This document shows positions 27,286-37,347 of a stretch of 64,000 nucleotides of DNA, in pieces. Under the pieces are notes generated by a model that saw only the letters and a list, made by a program, of their open reading frames with translations, was not told where the DNA came from and searched no databases. Every line of letters begins with the position of its first letter. The stretch's first letter is position 1. Origin of the DNA: Bdellovibrionota bacterium FG-1 (GTDB lineage: Bacteria; Bdellovibrionota; UBA1018); contig JBBCAW010000022.1 in assembly GCA_051382295.1 (NCBI GenBank), forward strand, positions 1,074 through 65,073, read 5' to 3'. The translations under genes were made by a program, and so were the position numbers.

Positions 27286-29027
27286 CCTCGGCCCATGCCC
27301 GGTTGGTTCAACTTCAACATCGCATTTATCGGGCACTTCAGCGCGAAGCGATGTTGGTTTTTGGACGAACCCCCTCGGCCATTCGCCGGTATGAGGTCGA
27401 ATGCCATCCCGATTTCAGCGGCCGATCCCCCCGCGTTTCAACCAAAGCCGAGCTCGTCTCCGTCATTCGAAATGCGGACGTCAGCTTTATCGCGGACTAC
27501 CATCCCTACGCCCAGGCTCAAAGAACCGCTCTGAGGCTTTTGCGGGAGGCGGTTTTACCCGGCGAAAAATGGCTCCTCGGTCTTGAACTGATCCCCAGTC
27601 AATATCAACCTATTTTGGATAACTATCAGGCCGGAAAAATCAGCGTCGAAAAATTTCACGCCTTGATCCGCTATCACGAAGACTGGGGGTTTCCATGGCA
27701 ACACTACGAACCCTTGTTCTCCTGGGCTCGAAAGAATGGCGTTCGCCTCATTGCGCTCAACCGCCCCAAAGAGCTGATTTATCGCAGCTACGGTCAACCC
27801 TCTGAGCGGAGCATCAAAGACTTGCACGCCCGTGATCAGTGGGCGGCCGGCATTATTGCGGATTGCTTTCATGAAAACCAGGAAAACCCTAAAAGTCATA
27901 CCCCCATGCGCATGCTAGTGCTTTATGGCGGTTATCATGTGGGCCGAGTCCATCTTCCTGAAAAATTAACCAAAATTTCTCGGGCTTTTCTCGGTAAAGC
28001 CCTTCGCTCGGTATCGGTTTACCAAAACGTCGATGCCATTTACTGGCGACTCGCCCTTCAAGAGCGTGAACTTCATGCCCAAGTCCTTAAATTCACCAAA
28101 GATGTTTTTTGCGTGTTTTCAGGTACCCCTTGGGCCCAGTTGCAATCCTTAATGGGCATGACCGAAGGCGAATCACTGACCACGCCCGATGAAGATGACG
28201 ATGATGACTCGGATCGTGAATGGGACAGTTCTAGCCGTCTCAAGGAAGAATACCTTTCGCTGATGAATCGATTTTCAAATGTGCTGGCCGAATTTTTTGG
28301 CCTCGAAAGCCCCTCTTTTGAGACTCTCTCCCTTCATACGATCGAGGAGGCCGATTTTGTGGATTCGCTTGCGGATGTCTTCATGCCAGGCGAACTTCGA
28401 CTCATTCGGGCGCTCGTCAGTGAAAATCATCGCCTCTATTTATCGCGTGCGCAAGTCGCTTACCTCGCCTCGCCCTCCCATAATGTCGCCGCTGAATACG
28501 CGGCCATTCATCTTTTGAGATCTTGTACCAGCTCCTCCGTGTTTTTTGAGGGAGGGACGGAGTGCTTTTTTAGATTGGCAATCGAGGCCACTTTTGGATT
28601 TTTGGGGAGCCTCATTCTCAACCCCAGGCGCAAATGCGACCTACCGCCAGATCATCGCCGAAGACTCAAAGCACTCAAGCAAGGTAAACGAGCGGCGTTC
28701 GCCAATGAACGAAAAGCTCGCACCCTCGCGCTCGCCGCACTCACTCCCGGACGAGGTCGGAAGTTAGAACTCGCCAAGGTCCCGGCGCACGCTTCCTCGG
28801 CCGCCCTGTATGTCGTCATTGCGGCCAGATATGCAGGGCAAATGCTCGCCAAAGCGATTTATCCGGTCATTCTGGATGCCGAACACGGCAGCGCGCAATT
28901 TACCCAAGTGGTTCAGCTCTTCACACGACGAAGAGGCTTCAAAGTTTTTGAAGAAACCTTCGTGGAACTCTACGCCCTTGCGCTTCGTTCGGAGCGAGTG
29001 CTCGCGAGCAAGACCGAAGAGATTTAA
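27279..29027 (+). CDS. ChaN/Tiki-superfamily-like protein (tentative)
   Basis: ADVSFIADYHPYAQAQRTALRLL...LGLELIP...GVRLIALN resembles the ChaN (PF04187-like) N-terminal pattern. The ORF opens at 27180; I prefer GTG at 27279. Confidence 0.45.
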   Translation: MVTSAHARLVQLQHRIYRALQREAMLVFGRTPSAIRRYEVECHPDFSGRSPRVSTKAELVSVIRNADVSFIADYHPYAQAQRTALRLLREAVLPGEKWLLGLELIPSQYQPILDNYQAGKISVEKFHALIRYHEDWGFPWQHYEPLFSWARKNGVRLIALNRPKELIYRSYGQPSERSIKDLHARDQWAAGIIADCFHENQENPKSHTPMRMLVLYGGYHVGRVHLPEKLTKISRAFLGKALRSVSVYQNVDAIYWRLALQERELHAQVLKFTKDVFCVFSGTPWAQLQSLMGMTEGESLTTPDEDDDDDSDREWDSSSRLKEEYLSLMNRFSNVLAEFFGLESPSFETLSLHTIEEADFVDSLADVFMPGELRLIRALVSENHRLYLSRAQVAYLASPSHNVAAEYAAIHLLRSCTSSSVFFEGGTECFFRLAIEATFGFLGSLILNPRRKCDLPPDHRRRLKALKQGKRAAFANERKARTLALAALTPGRGRKLELAKVPAHASSAALYVVIAARYAGQMLAKAIYPVILDAEHGSAQFTQVVQLFTRRRGFKVFEETFVELYALALRSERVLASKTEEI

Positions 29028-30445
29028 TCGGTAGTTTCTTCTTCTCGCATATCGATCAATTTTCGATAAATCGTACGCGAATTAATGCCAAGAAGCTTGG
29101 CGGTCATGTTTTTGTCGCCCTCCGTGGCTTCGAGAGTCTTGCGAATCAAGAGCTCTTCGACGTCTTTGAGCGAAGTCCCGAGAGGCACCGAAATGGAGAC
29201 GGCGGAGGTGGCCGCATGAACTTTGGTCATTTTGCTCGGGTCAAGACTGGAAATATGAGGGGGAAGATCCTCGGGGAGCACCTCCGGTCCTCGTACAAAA
29301 ACCACGGCCCGTTCGATCACATTGGAGAGTTCACGCACATTTCCCGGCCACGGATGGGCCAAAAGTCGCTCCATCGCCGCACTCGAAATCACCGCTAACG
29401 ACTTATCATGCCGCGCAGAGGCGCTCTTCAAAAAGAACCGAGCCAAATCCGGAATATCCTCGATGCGTTGCCGGAGCGGAGGAACCTCCACACCGATCAC
29501 CTCTAAACGATAAAGTAAATCCTGTCGGAACGTCCCAATCCTCACTGATTCTTTGAGGTCCCGATGGGTCGCGGCGATGACCCGGACGTCAATCTTACGC
29601 GACTGGGTCGCCCCCAGGCGTCTCACTTCGCTTTCTTGAAGCGTCCGCAACAGTTTAGCCTGCAGGGAAAAAGGCATGTCGCCAATTTCATCCAGCAAAA
29701 GAGTGCCCCCGTTTGCGGCCTCAAACAAGCCTTCTTTGATACCCGTCGCACCCGTAAAAGCGCCCTTTTCGAAGCCAAAAAGCTCGCTCTCAATCAACTG
29801 TTCCGGTACGGCAGCACAGTTCAAGGCCACAAAGCGTCCACCGGCCCGCGCACTCGTTTCATGAATCGCGCGTGCCACCATCTCCTTGCCAGTTCCACTT
29901 TCGCCGGTCAAAAGCACCGTCGCCGAAGTCGACGAAATTTGAAGAATGGTGGTCCTCAGATGCTCCATCACTTTCGAGCGACCCACCAAACGCGCAGTCC
30001 CGGTCGCTTCGGCGCCCGCAGGCCCAACGGAGGCACTGGAGTTTCGAGCTCGTGACCGTTTGAGCGCCACCTCAACCGACGAAAGCAACACCTGACGTTT
30101 GAAGGGCTTGGTCAAAAAATCCACCGCCCCGAGCTTCATCGCCCAAACCGCGTCTTCGACTCGGCCAAAAGCCGTCATCAAGATCACGGGCACATCTGCC
30201 CCACACAAAGAGAGCGCGCGCAAGAACTCAAGCCCGCCGAGCCTCGGCATGCGAACATCGGTCACAACCAGGTCAAAAGGCACGGTATTTTTGGCTGAAA
30301 CTTCGATCGGTGTGCGAATGTGATCTAAGGCCGCTTGGCCGTCCACCGCCGTCGCAACATCGTACCCCGCAAGTTCTAAAATTTTTCGGGTGGACTCGAG
30401 CGCCTGCGGATCATCGTCCACTAAAAGAACTCGATGATGGTTCAT
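29024..30445 (-). CDS. Sigma-54-dependent response regulator (NtrC family: REC + AAA+ + Fis HTH)
   Basis: Receiver LVVTDVRMP, Walker [15 protein letters not shown] loop and C-terminal [21 protein letters not shown]. Confidence 0.95.
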   Translation of the reverse strand: MNHHRVLLVDDDPQALESTRKILELAGYDVATAVDGQAALDHIRTPIEVSAKNTVPFDLVVTDVRMPRLGGLEFLRALSLCGADVPVILMTAFGRVEDAVWAMKLGAVDFLTKPFKRQVLLSSVEVALKRSRARNSSASVGPAGAEATGTARLVGRSKVMEHLRTTILQISSTSATVLLTGESGTGKEMVARAIHETSARAGGRFVALNCAAVPEQLIESELFGFEKGAFTGATGIKEGLFEAANGGTLLLDEIGDMPFSLQAKLLRTLQESEVRRLGATQSRKIDVRVIAATHRDLKESVRIGTFRQDLLYRLEVIGVEVPPLRQRIEDIPDLARFFLKSASARHDKSLAVISSAAMERLLAHPWPGNVRELSNVIERAVVFVRGPEVLPEDLPPHISSLDPSKMTKVHAATSAVSISVPLGTSLKDVEELLIRKTLEATEGDKNMTAKLLGINSRTIYRKLIDMREEETTD

Positions 30446-32487
30446 AGGACCGCCCCCTCCAGCTGGACACGCCCCGAATGAGCATGATGAGCTTGGATCT
30501 CCAGATACGGTGGAAAGGTCATTTCAAAACAGGCACCTTGCCCCGGTTCACGCTCTTGCGCCAAAATTTCGCCGCCATGATCTTCAACCACCTGTTTAAT
30601 AAATGACAGGCCGAGCCCCGTTCCTTGCGCCCGGGTCGTCATAAACGGCGTAAAAAGCCGATTTCGAATGTCATTTGGAATGCCAGGACCGTTGTCCTCC
30701 ACCTTCACCCAAAGACGTCCGCTCTCCGCACTCCCCATCGCAAAAACAATGCAGGGCCGGCTTCCGTCTTGAGGTCCTCGCCCCTCGAGCGCCTGAAGCG
30801 AGTTTCGGAGCAAATTGCCAAACACCTGTTCCAGCAAATCCCGATCCCCATAAACGGCCAACGAATGCCCCCCCTCACGCCGCCAGTCCACGGACACCCC
30901 TTGCGACTCGCAGGTATTAGCATAGGTGGCGAGCACGCTTTCGAGGACTTCGCTCAGATCGACCCTGACTTTCTTTCCGGCTGAAAGCTTCGACAGCTTC
31001 AAATAGTTTTCGGTAATTTTATCCAGACGATCAACCGCCCCCAAAATCGACTGAAGCGACTGTTTGAGCGGCAAATGCCCGATTTTTGAGGCAAGCTCCG
31101 CAGCCATTTCAGCCTCAAGGCCGATCGAATGCAGGGGATTTCGGACCTCATGGGCCACCTGCGCCGACATTCTGCCGACGGCTGCCAGATTTTCGGCCCG
31201 CCGGAGTCGCTCTTGAAGATCGATGTCCGCCGTCAGATCTTGAAGCACAATAATCGCGCCCCCCACCCCTTCCCGTTTGTGAAGAGGTACGTGATAGCCT
31301 CCAAAAATTTTTCCACCCGAGTCCTCAATCAAGCGCGGATCGAGCTTCCCGCTTTCCAGCAGCTTGGTTCCGTCATGCCCCCCCGGAAAAAAGCCTTTGA
31401 GACGTTCCCATCCCAAAAAGTCAGTACCGATCACCTGCTCCGCCTGATCTGGGAGCCCCTTTAACCATTGCGAAGCCTGCGGATTGCATTGCGTGATTCG
31501 CCCTTGCAGGTCCGTGACGATCACCACGGACTCAATGCTTTCTAAAATATTTTCGTTCAGCTCGCCCATTTCCTTGAGTAAACGATTATTTTCGACGAGG
31601 CGATTTTTTTGCGCTTCCACAGTCTTTTCACGTTCCAAAAGCGCCGTGGCCATTCGATGAAATTCCCGCGCCAGCTGACTGACTTCGTCGTCACGGCTGA
31701 TCGGAATTTCCGGAAGCAACGACTTGTCCTCTTTTCGCAAACCGCGCCGGGTGATGTCGCGAGCCAAGTGCGTTAACTCAGCCAAAGGCCGCAAAGCCCG
31801 TTCGCCCAACCACAACAGCAGAAGCGAAAAAAGGATGACCACCACCAAAACAATTTCCAACCCCATCCGAAGGTCAGCCACGCGTGTTTCCGCGAGCGAG
31901 AAGCTCTGGCGCAAGGCACGCTCATATTCAGCCGAGCCGAACTTCACCTGGCGCCGCCATTCTTCCATTTCGGCGGTCCATTTGGGGTAGAGTTCTCCGG
32001 CCCGTGTCAAATCATGTTTTTCAAGCGCCGCAAAAAGCAAAGTAGCATCGCCACGCAGGTTACGTAAGCCCGCGCCGACCGACATCGCCCACGCAGCCCA
32101 ATGGGCACGCGCTTCGGGAGTGGCCCAGTTCGATTCACGTCGAATCATTTCGCTGAGCCGCGTAACTTCATCCTCAAGAACATCTTCGATCCAGCGCGGC
32201 GTGGCGCGCGGACGCCAATGAGGATCAGTCCAATGCGCAAAACCGAGTCCGCGATCCAACTCCCGCGCAAACACCTCGGCATCCGATTGCATTTGGGTAA
32301 AAAGACGACCTAAGGGCACCGAAATCCGATTAATCGTATCGAGCAACTGATTCACCTCAGTAATTCGATAGAGACTGCTCGTGGAACCCAAAATAGAAAG
32401 CAGCACCAGCCCCACGACAAACGTAAGGATCCGTGCCCGAAGGGTCACTTTTTTGCGTGTCTGAAGACCAATCTCTGAAGCTGACAT
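30442..32487 (-). CDS. Sensor histidine kinase (TM-HAMP-PAS-HisKA-HATPase)
   Basis: H-box AHEVRNPL, N-box LLRNSLQA, G-boxes DNGPGI and GTGLGL. 4-nt overlap with the regulator gene. Confidence 0.9.
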   Translation of the reverse strand: MSASEIGLQTRKKVTLRARILTFVVGLVLLSILGSTSSLYRITEVNQLLDTINRISVPLGRLFTQMQSDAEVFARELDRGLGFAHWTDPHWRPRATPRWIEDVLEDEVTRLSEMIRRESNWATPEARAHWAAWAMSVGAGLRNLRGDATLLFAALEKHDLTRAGELYPKWTAEMEEWRRQVKFGSAEYERALRQSFSLAETRVADLRMGLEIVLVVVILFSLLLLWLGERALRPLAELTHLARDITRRGLRKEDKSLLPEIPISRDDEVSQLAREFHRMATALLEREKTVEAQKNRLVENNRLLKEMGELNENILESIESVVIVTDLQGRITQCNPQASQWLKGLPDQAEQVIGTDFLGWERLKGFFPGGHDGTKLLESGKLDPRLIEDSGGKIFGGYHVPLHKREGVGGAIIVLQDLTADIDLQERLRRAENLAAVGRMSAQVAHEVRNPLHSIGLEAEMAAELASKIGHLPLKQSLQSILGAVDRLDKITENYLKLSKLSAGKKVRVDLSEVLESVLATYANTCESQGVSVDWRREGGHSLAVYGDRDLLEQVFGNLLRNSLQALEGRGPQDGSRPCIVFAMGSAESGRLWVKVEDNGPGIPNDIRNRLFTPFMTTRAQGTGLGLSFIKQVVEDHGGEILAQEREPGQGACFEMTFPPYLEIQAHHAHSGRVQLEGAVL

Positions 32488-32531
32488 TCCCTATTCAGCA
32501 TAACTCAGTTCCTAAACCAACTCAATCACCG

Positions 32532-34124
32532 TCATGAAACCGGTAATTCCAAGCGTGGATAAAGCGGCTTAGGTTCGCCCGGACGATACTGCATTTGCCC
32601 CCACTTAAGCGAGGCAAGGGCGCCCTTTTCAGGGGGTTGGGGAATTTCTAGCTGCTCAAAAACCTTGGGCATCCCAAAGGGCAAAACTGGCATGAGACCC
32701 GTCGCAATCCAACGAATTCCCTCAAGTAAAGTGTAAAGCACCTCTTGAAGCTGCACCAGGGCTTCACGCGACGTCTCAGTAGGAGTCGCGCCCGCTTGCG
32801 TAATCACCTTCGCCAGGCCCCAAGGTTTCATTCGATCGATGTAAAGATTCAACACACGTGAGCGATCGGTACATGCTTTGGAGTAAGCCGAAGGATCGAC
32901 CGCTGCGATCGCCGCGTCCAGCTCAGCCGGGAGTTTCTCGAAGGATTCACGCACCTCTTTTGAACTCGTGAACGCGGCCGGAACCGAAAGCACTTCGTTC
33001 GGAAAATACTTACGAGTCATACTGATGGAACGATTGACAAGATTTCCCCAGTCATTGGAGAGATCGGCATTGTTTTTAAGAATCAGCAATTCGGGCGCAA
33101 AATTACCGTCTTGCGAAAACTGATTTTCCGCGAGCAAATAGTAACGGAAAGCATCGGGCCCGCTCCAAGCCATGACTTCGTCGGGTGTGACGACGTTCCC
33201 CGAGCTCTTGGACATCCGACTGCCGCGAATGGTAATATAGCCGTGCGCAAATACTTTTTTAGGAAGCGGCAAATCGAGCGCCATGAGCATCGCTGGCCAA
33301 TACACACAATGAAAACGTGAAATATCCTTGCCAATCACGTGCAGCATGGCTGGCCAGCGTGCATCAAATTCCCGAGCTTTTTCTGAGGTCGGCTCTTTGA
33401 GTTTGAACTCCATGCCCGCTGCGGTGAGATAATTAATCAAGGCGTCAAACCACACATACACGACATGCTGAGGATCCCAAGGGAGCGAAATCCCCCAAGT
33501 AAAAGTGGAGCGAGAAATCGAGAAATCCTTTAAGCCGGATTGAATAAAGTTAACGACTTCGGCGCGACGGTATTCAGGCTGCAAAAAATCCGGCCGCTCT
33601 TGGAAAAGCTTCAGCAGTGCGTCTTGATACTTGGAAAGTTTGAAAAAATAATTCTCTTCCGAGATCCATTTGGGCTTGGTTTTATGGGTCGGACAAAGGC
33701 CATCGACCAAATCTTTTTCAGTATAAAAAGCCTCGCACCCTTCGCAATAATGCCCTTCGTACTTAGCCTTATAAATATCGCCTTGATCAAAAGCCTTTTT
33801 GACGAGTTGTTGAACGACCCACTCATGATCGGGGTCAGAGGTCCGAATAAAGCGATCATAGCTCATGCCCATTTGACGCAAAACTTTTTCGATGTCGGCG
33901 GCCATCTGATCGCAATACGCCTTGGGCGAAAGCTCTTTGCTCTCGGCCGCGCGCTGCACATTGATGGAGTGCTCATCCATACCGGTGGCAAAAAAGGTTT
34001 CTTTGCCTTGCAGTCTCATTGCGCGAACCAACCAGTCCGCACCGAGGCACTCCCAGGCCCAGCCGACATGAATGCGCGAATTGGGATATACGATAGCCGT
34101 AGTGACGTATTGGACTTGTGACAT
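32532..34124 (-). CDS. metG: Methionine--tRNA ligase
   Basis: 530 aa with N-terminal class I signature region, Cys knuckle CEGCEAFY...CPTHK and KMSKS variant RMSKSSGN. Confidence 0.95.
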   Translation of the reverse strand: MSQVQYVTTAIVYPNSRIHVGWAWECLGADWLVRAMRLQGKETFFATGMDEHSINVQRAAESKELSPKAYCDQMAADIEKVLRQMGMSYDRFIRTSDPDHEWVVQQLVKKAFDQGDIYKAKYEGHYCEGCEAFYTEKDLVDGLCPTHKTKPKWISEENYFFKLSKYQDALLKLFQERPDFLQPEYRRAEVVNFIQSGLKDFSISRSTFTWGISLPWDPQHVVYVWFDALINYLTAAGMEFKLKEPTSEKAREFDARWPAMLHVIGKDISRFHCVYWPAMLMALDLPLPKKVFAHGYITIRGSRMSKSSGNVVTPDEVMAWSGPDAFRYYLLAENQFSQDGNFAPELLILKNNADLSNDWGNLVNRSISMTRKYFPNEVLSVPAAFTSSKEVRESFEKLPAELDAAIAAVDPSAYSKACTDRSRVLNLYIDRMKPWGLAKVITQAGATPTETSREALVQLQEVLYTLLEGIRWIATGLMPVLPFGMPKVFEQLEIPQPPEKGALASLKWGQMQYRPGEPKPLYPRLELPVS

Positions 34125-34129
34125 GTAAA

Positions 34130-34489
34130 TTACTCTGATTTTTGAGGAGAAGACCCGACTTCGGATCGTTCGGACTGAATTTCGGATCCTTCTTTCGGCT
34201 CGGGTTTATGCTTGCCGTTCTTGGATTTTCCGAAACGAAGCCGAACCCCCGCGCCCATAGAGGATTGACCGCCAGGCCCCATTTGGGCTGAAGAAGCTCC
34301 TGGCACCGCCTCTGGTGCGGCTTGTCCCACCGGTGCGGGTTCGACTTCGGGAGCCTCCGGCTCGATCTCAGTGGTCACGCTCTTGCCACCAGTCGGCTTG
34401 CCGCTGGGCTCGGCCCAACTCGACTGGGTCAGCGTCACGAGTGAAATCGATAATAAAATCGGCAATGAGATTCGAAATAGACTCAACAT
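34130..34489 (-). CDS. Secreted low-complexity protein
   Basis: Signal peptide followed by Pro/Glu/Ala/Gly-rich sequence, 119 aa. Confidence 0.45.
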   Translation of the reverse strand: MLSLFRISLPILLSISLVTLTQSSWAEPSGKPTGGKSVTTEIEPEAPEVEPAPVGQAAPEAVPGASSAQMGPGGQSSMGAGVRLRFGKSKNGKHKPEPKEGSEIQSERSEVGSSPQKSE

Positions 34490-34565
34490 GGCCGCATCTT
34501 AGCTTGAAAACGGGTTTTCTGCGATACTTGAATTGAGATTTAAATCTCGCCAAATAGCGCACAGC

Positions 34566-34583
34566 AACACCGACGTCGGTGTT
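34566..34583. repeat. 18-bp perfect palindrome AACACCGACGTCGGTGTT, copy c
   Basis: Read directly from the sequence, 20 nt beyond the stop of the DUF4143 ATPase gene. Left flank GCGCACaGC matches copy b (GCGCACcGC). Confidence 0.9.
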
Positions 34584-34603
34584 TCAGCGACGCATCGGTC
34601 CCC

Positions 34604-35785
34604 CTAACTCCACACCGTCCATGGAAGAATGGAGATGCCCGTTTCTTGAACGTGAGCCCGGTCCACTGGCGCGAGTAAGATGCCTCGTTTGGACTTCAAT
34701 TTCTTCATCGCGCCTAAAACCGATTTCTCGTGCCAACCCCAAGGACCACGGCCAACATCAGCAAGAGGAACCACCCGAATTGGGGTATTATCCAAAATCA
34801 TATCAACGGGAGTGCCCTTGGCACTTTTAAAGTACCGGACAAAAAACCGGGCTCCAGAATTTTCGTGATGTGAGAAAAGCTCATTCAACAGGGTCAGCCT
34901 TGAGAGTGAAAGCGTCGCCCCCTCGCTCTGAACCTCTTTCATTAAATAACTGGCCAGGCCAGAGTCTGTAGGCAGCCAAATTTCCTTTCCCGTCCCAAGT
35001 TCATGGCAGGAAATTCTTCGAATTATAAAAATACTCTCTAAACCCAGGAGATAGCGATTGAGTCTTCGTGATGATGAAGCCTGAAAGTGTGCCGTCGTCG
35101 GAAGCTCTCCTTCTCGCAAAGCCTTTCCCATTTGCTCCAAAAGGGAGAAGGCAAAATCGGCTTCAAAGCCTTTTCCCATCAGTCGGGCAAGGTCCCGTAA
35201 AATACTGGTATTCAACCAACCATTCCAAAAAAGCTCAATCTGAGAGGGATCTCGGAGAAACATCGGTATGGGCACCCCTCCTCGGACCATCGCCTTAGAG
35301 AAATCCTGCAACGAAATACGAGGAACCCATCCATCTTTGATTTTTAAGGTAGGCAATTCAGGAGGTTCCATTTCTAAGGCTTCGGAAATATTTAAAGGAA
35401 ATAGATGAAGAACGCCCATTCTTCCTGTGAGCGATTCTCTGATCCCACTTCCTTCTGAGAAAGAAGCTGACCCGGTTACAAAGAATTGCCCGGGCTTTCG
35501 GTTCTTGTGCACGAGAAGCTTCAAGGCATCAAAAAGTTTGGGCACCTTTTGAATTTCATCGACTAACGCCGGAGTCTCGAGCTTGGAAAGAAAAGATACC
35601 GCCGAGTTTTCGGCGTCACCTCGAGTGGAATCATGGTCCAAGGATGCGCTCGAATGAAAACGCACCTGCTTTTCCAAAAACGTCGTTTTTCCCACCTGTC
35701 GCAAGCCCACCACACCGATAGCAGGCCAAAAAGAGGCAAGTTTTTTGAGACGACTTGCGGCTTGTCTGGGTCTAAAATGGGGCAT
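34604..35785 (-). CDS. AAA+ ATPase with DUF4143-type C-terminal domain
   Basis: Walker A GLRQVGKTT, Walker B-like ALVDEIQKVP, and the 393-aa architecture typical of the ATPase/DUF4143 family. Confidence 0.8.
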   Translation of the reverse strand: MPHFRPRQAASRLKKLASFWPAIGVVGLRQVGKTTFLEKQVRFHSSASLDHDSTRGDAENSAVSFLSKLETPALVDEIQKVPKLFDALKLLVHKNRKPGQFFVTGSASFSEGSGIRESLTGRMGVLHLFPLNISEALEMEPPELPTLKIKDGWVPRISLQDFSKAMVRGGVPIPMFLRDPSQIELFWNGWLNTSILRDLARLMGKGFEADFAFSLLEQMGKALREGELPTTAHFQASSSRRLNRYLLGLESIFIIRRISCHELGTGKEIWLPTDSGLASYLMKEVQSEGATLSLSRLTLLNELFSHHENSGARFFVRYFKSAKGTPVDMILDNTPIRVVPLADVGRGPWGWHEKSVLGAMKKLKSKRGILLAPVDRAHVQETGISILPWTVWS

Positions 35786-36010
35786 TTTATAAAAATACTA
35801 CCAATAATATGCTATCACAAGTAGTAAAATGGTAGTATTTACATTTATTGAGAGCGCTTGCTCGTTTAGCTCTACCTGTGCCAGAAAAGGAAACCACCCA
35901 AAAGATACCCGTCACCCAGGAAACCGAGAGCTTCGTGCAACGCATCTGGCAGTAATAGAGTGAACCTTACCCAACTAAATCAGTTGCCTGCGGCGCAATA
36001 AGCGCAACAT

Positions 36011-36709
36011 TTAAGTCGGGTTTAGCCCAACCTCAAACGCATGTTGCAAGACTTTGGCGCCGGCAAGCGGCCCGGTAAACTCCGCCGAAACATCACAAGC
36101 CTCCAGATGCTTCACCTGAAAGGGAGCCCCATAAAGTCGAGCCACCTCTTCTGGAGTCACCGAAAACGGAGGCCCCGCAAAACGATCTTGAGGATATTCG
36201 AGCGTGCTCAGGAGCATTTTAAAATTCAAAAACACGGGCTTCGACTGACTCAAACTCGCCACCAACGCTTTCAAATGCGCGGCGTATTTCTGGCGAAGCT
36301 CCGGAGGAAGTGCAATCAGCGCTGCTCGATCGTAAATGCCTGTCACGTCCTCTAAATCGCTTGGGGTGAGGTTAAAAAAATCTCCCTCATCAAGAGTGAA
36401 AGGCCCACCCTGATAAATTCGAAAGGGACCGTGAGGGCGTTTTTGAATGATCTCGCTGGGAAAATTTTCCGCAAAAAAAGCCTCACAAGCGACGGGACTC
36501 AACTCAACGCCCAACACCGGGGTCGTTGAAGAACCCTCGACCGCATTTTGAGAAAGCCACAAAAGGTCTCGACTCTTCCCGGAAAACGGCACAAAAACCC
36601 GTCCTCCGCTCCGCTTCGGCCAATGCTTCAAAAGCATGGGCTCGAATTCATCCTGATGAAATCCAATTTTACCCACTGCCCATCTTTCCAACCAAAACTG
36701 AGGCTCCAT
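36011..36709 (-). CDS. Thiopurine S-methyltransferase (TPMT) family methyltransferase
   Basis: FWLERWAVGKIGFHQDE...RVFVPFSGKSRDLLWL pattern. ATG at 36709 is preceded by AGGAA. The longer ORF to 36853 overlaps the CYTH gene. Confidence 0.8.
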   Translation of the reverse strand: MEPQFWLERWAVGKIGFHQDEFEPMLLKHWPKRSGGRVFVPFSGKSRDLLWLSQNAVEGSSTTPVLGVELSPVACEAFFAENFPSEIIQKRPHGPFRIYQGGPFTLDEGDFFNLTPSDLEDVTGIYDRAALIALPPELRQKYAAHLKALVASLSQSKPVFLNFKMLLSTLEYPQDRFAGPPFSVTPEEVARLYGAPFQVKHLEACDVSAEFTGPLAGAKVLQHAFEVGLNPT

Positions 36710-36739
36710 AAGGAAATTCCTAGCAGAATTAGGTGAGGG

Positions 36740-36770
36740 AGTCCGTACCTTTTGGTAGAGAGCTGCGTCA
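36740..36770. repeat. 31-bp repeat, copy Y (AGTCCGTACCTTTTGGTAGAGAGCTGCGTCA)
   Basis: 28 of 31 identical, including a 17-nt exact run, to 53327-53357. Lies between the CYTH stop and the TPMT start. Confidence 0.85.
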
Positions 36771-36776
36771 AGTGGG

Positions 36777-37307
36777 CTAATTGGACCGCCGAGATTCAGG
36801 GGCGAGATAATCGACGTAAGAAAGATCCAGGAGGTCGTCACCCCGAATCCCAAAAGCTTGCATCAATTCATTAACCTTCGCGGTTTGGATTGAGTGCTCC
36901 TCGACTGAGTCATTCTTGCAAACAGCTTCAAATTCAACAAAAGTTCCTAGCCCCTTCACCTCATCCAGGTGAACGCGCACGTTCTCAATCAAAAAGACCT
37001 CTCTTCGTTTATCGACGACAAACTCGATACCTAAGAGATGCCCTAGAAGAGCCTTCAAATGATTCGGATCCTCAACCGGGAGAAGTGCGTAATCGCTTCG
37101 CATTGGACCGGTTTGATAGTCCTTTAAATACGGAATCAACTGCGCGGTCGTGCCATTTATTTCCCGTAATTTGAGTCGACCCGCTTGAGTGATAAAATAC
37201 GTATCTACCTGGTGCAATACGCCCAGATTGTCCGTTTTGAATTTGAGAGCCACGCTTCGCGCTTTTTTTAGATCAGAACACCGGGCCTTGATTTCGATGT
37301 TGGGCAT
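36777..37307 (-). CDS. CYTH-domain protein / class IV adenylate cyclase (CyaB)-like
   Basis: N-terminal NIEIKAR and C-terminal VHLDEVKGLGTFVEFEAV pattern of CYTH triphosphate-tunnel enzymes. Confidence 0.8.
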   Translation of the reverse strand: MPNIEIKARCSDLKKARSVALKFKTDNLGVLHQVDTYFITQAGRLKLREINGTTAQLIPYLKDYQTGPMRSDYALLPVEDPNHLKALLGHLLGIEFVVDKRREVFLIENVRVHLDEVKGLGTFVEFEAVCKNDSVEEHSIQTAKVNELMQAFGIRGDDLLDLSYVDYLAPESRRSN

Positions 37308-37347
37308 GAAGAATCGTTAACCCAAAAAGCAGACCTTTCCAAGAATT

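Noticed and set aside
26650-29027. Frameshifted pseudogene spanning ORFs 26650..27285 and 27180..29027.
   Set aside because: An in-frame GTG at 27279 overlapping the upstream stop (GTGGTAA) gives a normal coupled two-gene arrangement. The recognisable domain of the second protein starts well downstream of the overlap. This cannot be fully excluded without orthologs.
35953-36003. Possible degenerate fifth copy of the 51-bp array unit (GGCAGTAAT ... CCCAACT ... TTGCCTGCGG) in the ATPase/TPMT intergenic region.
   Set aside because: It has only one half-site, and about 15 of 24 matches in the best-aligned stretch with different spacing. That is too weak to separate from chance without a statistical alignment.
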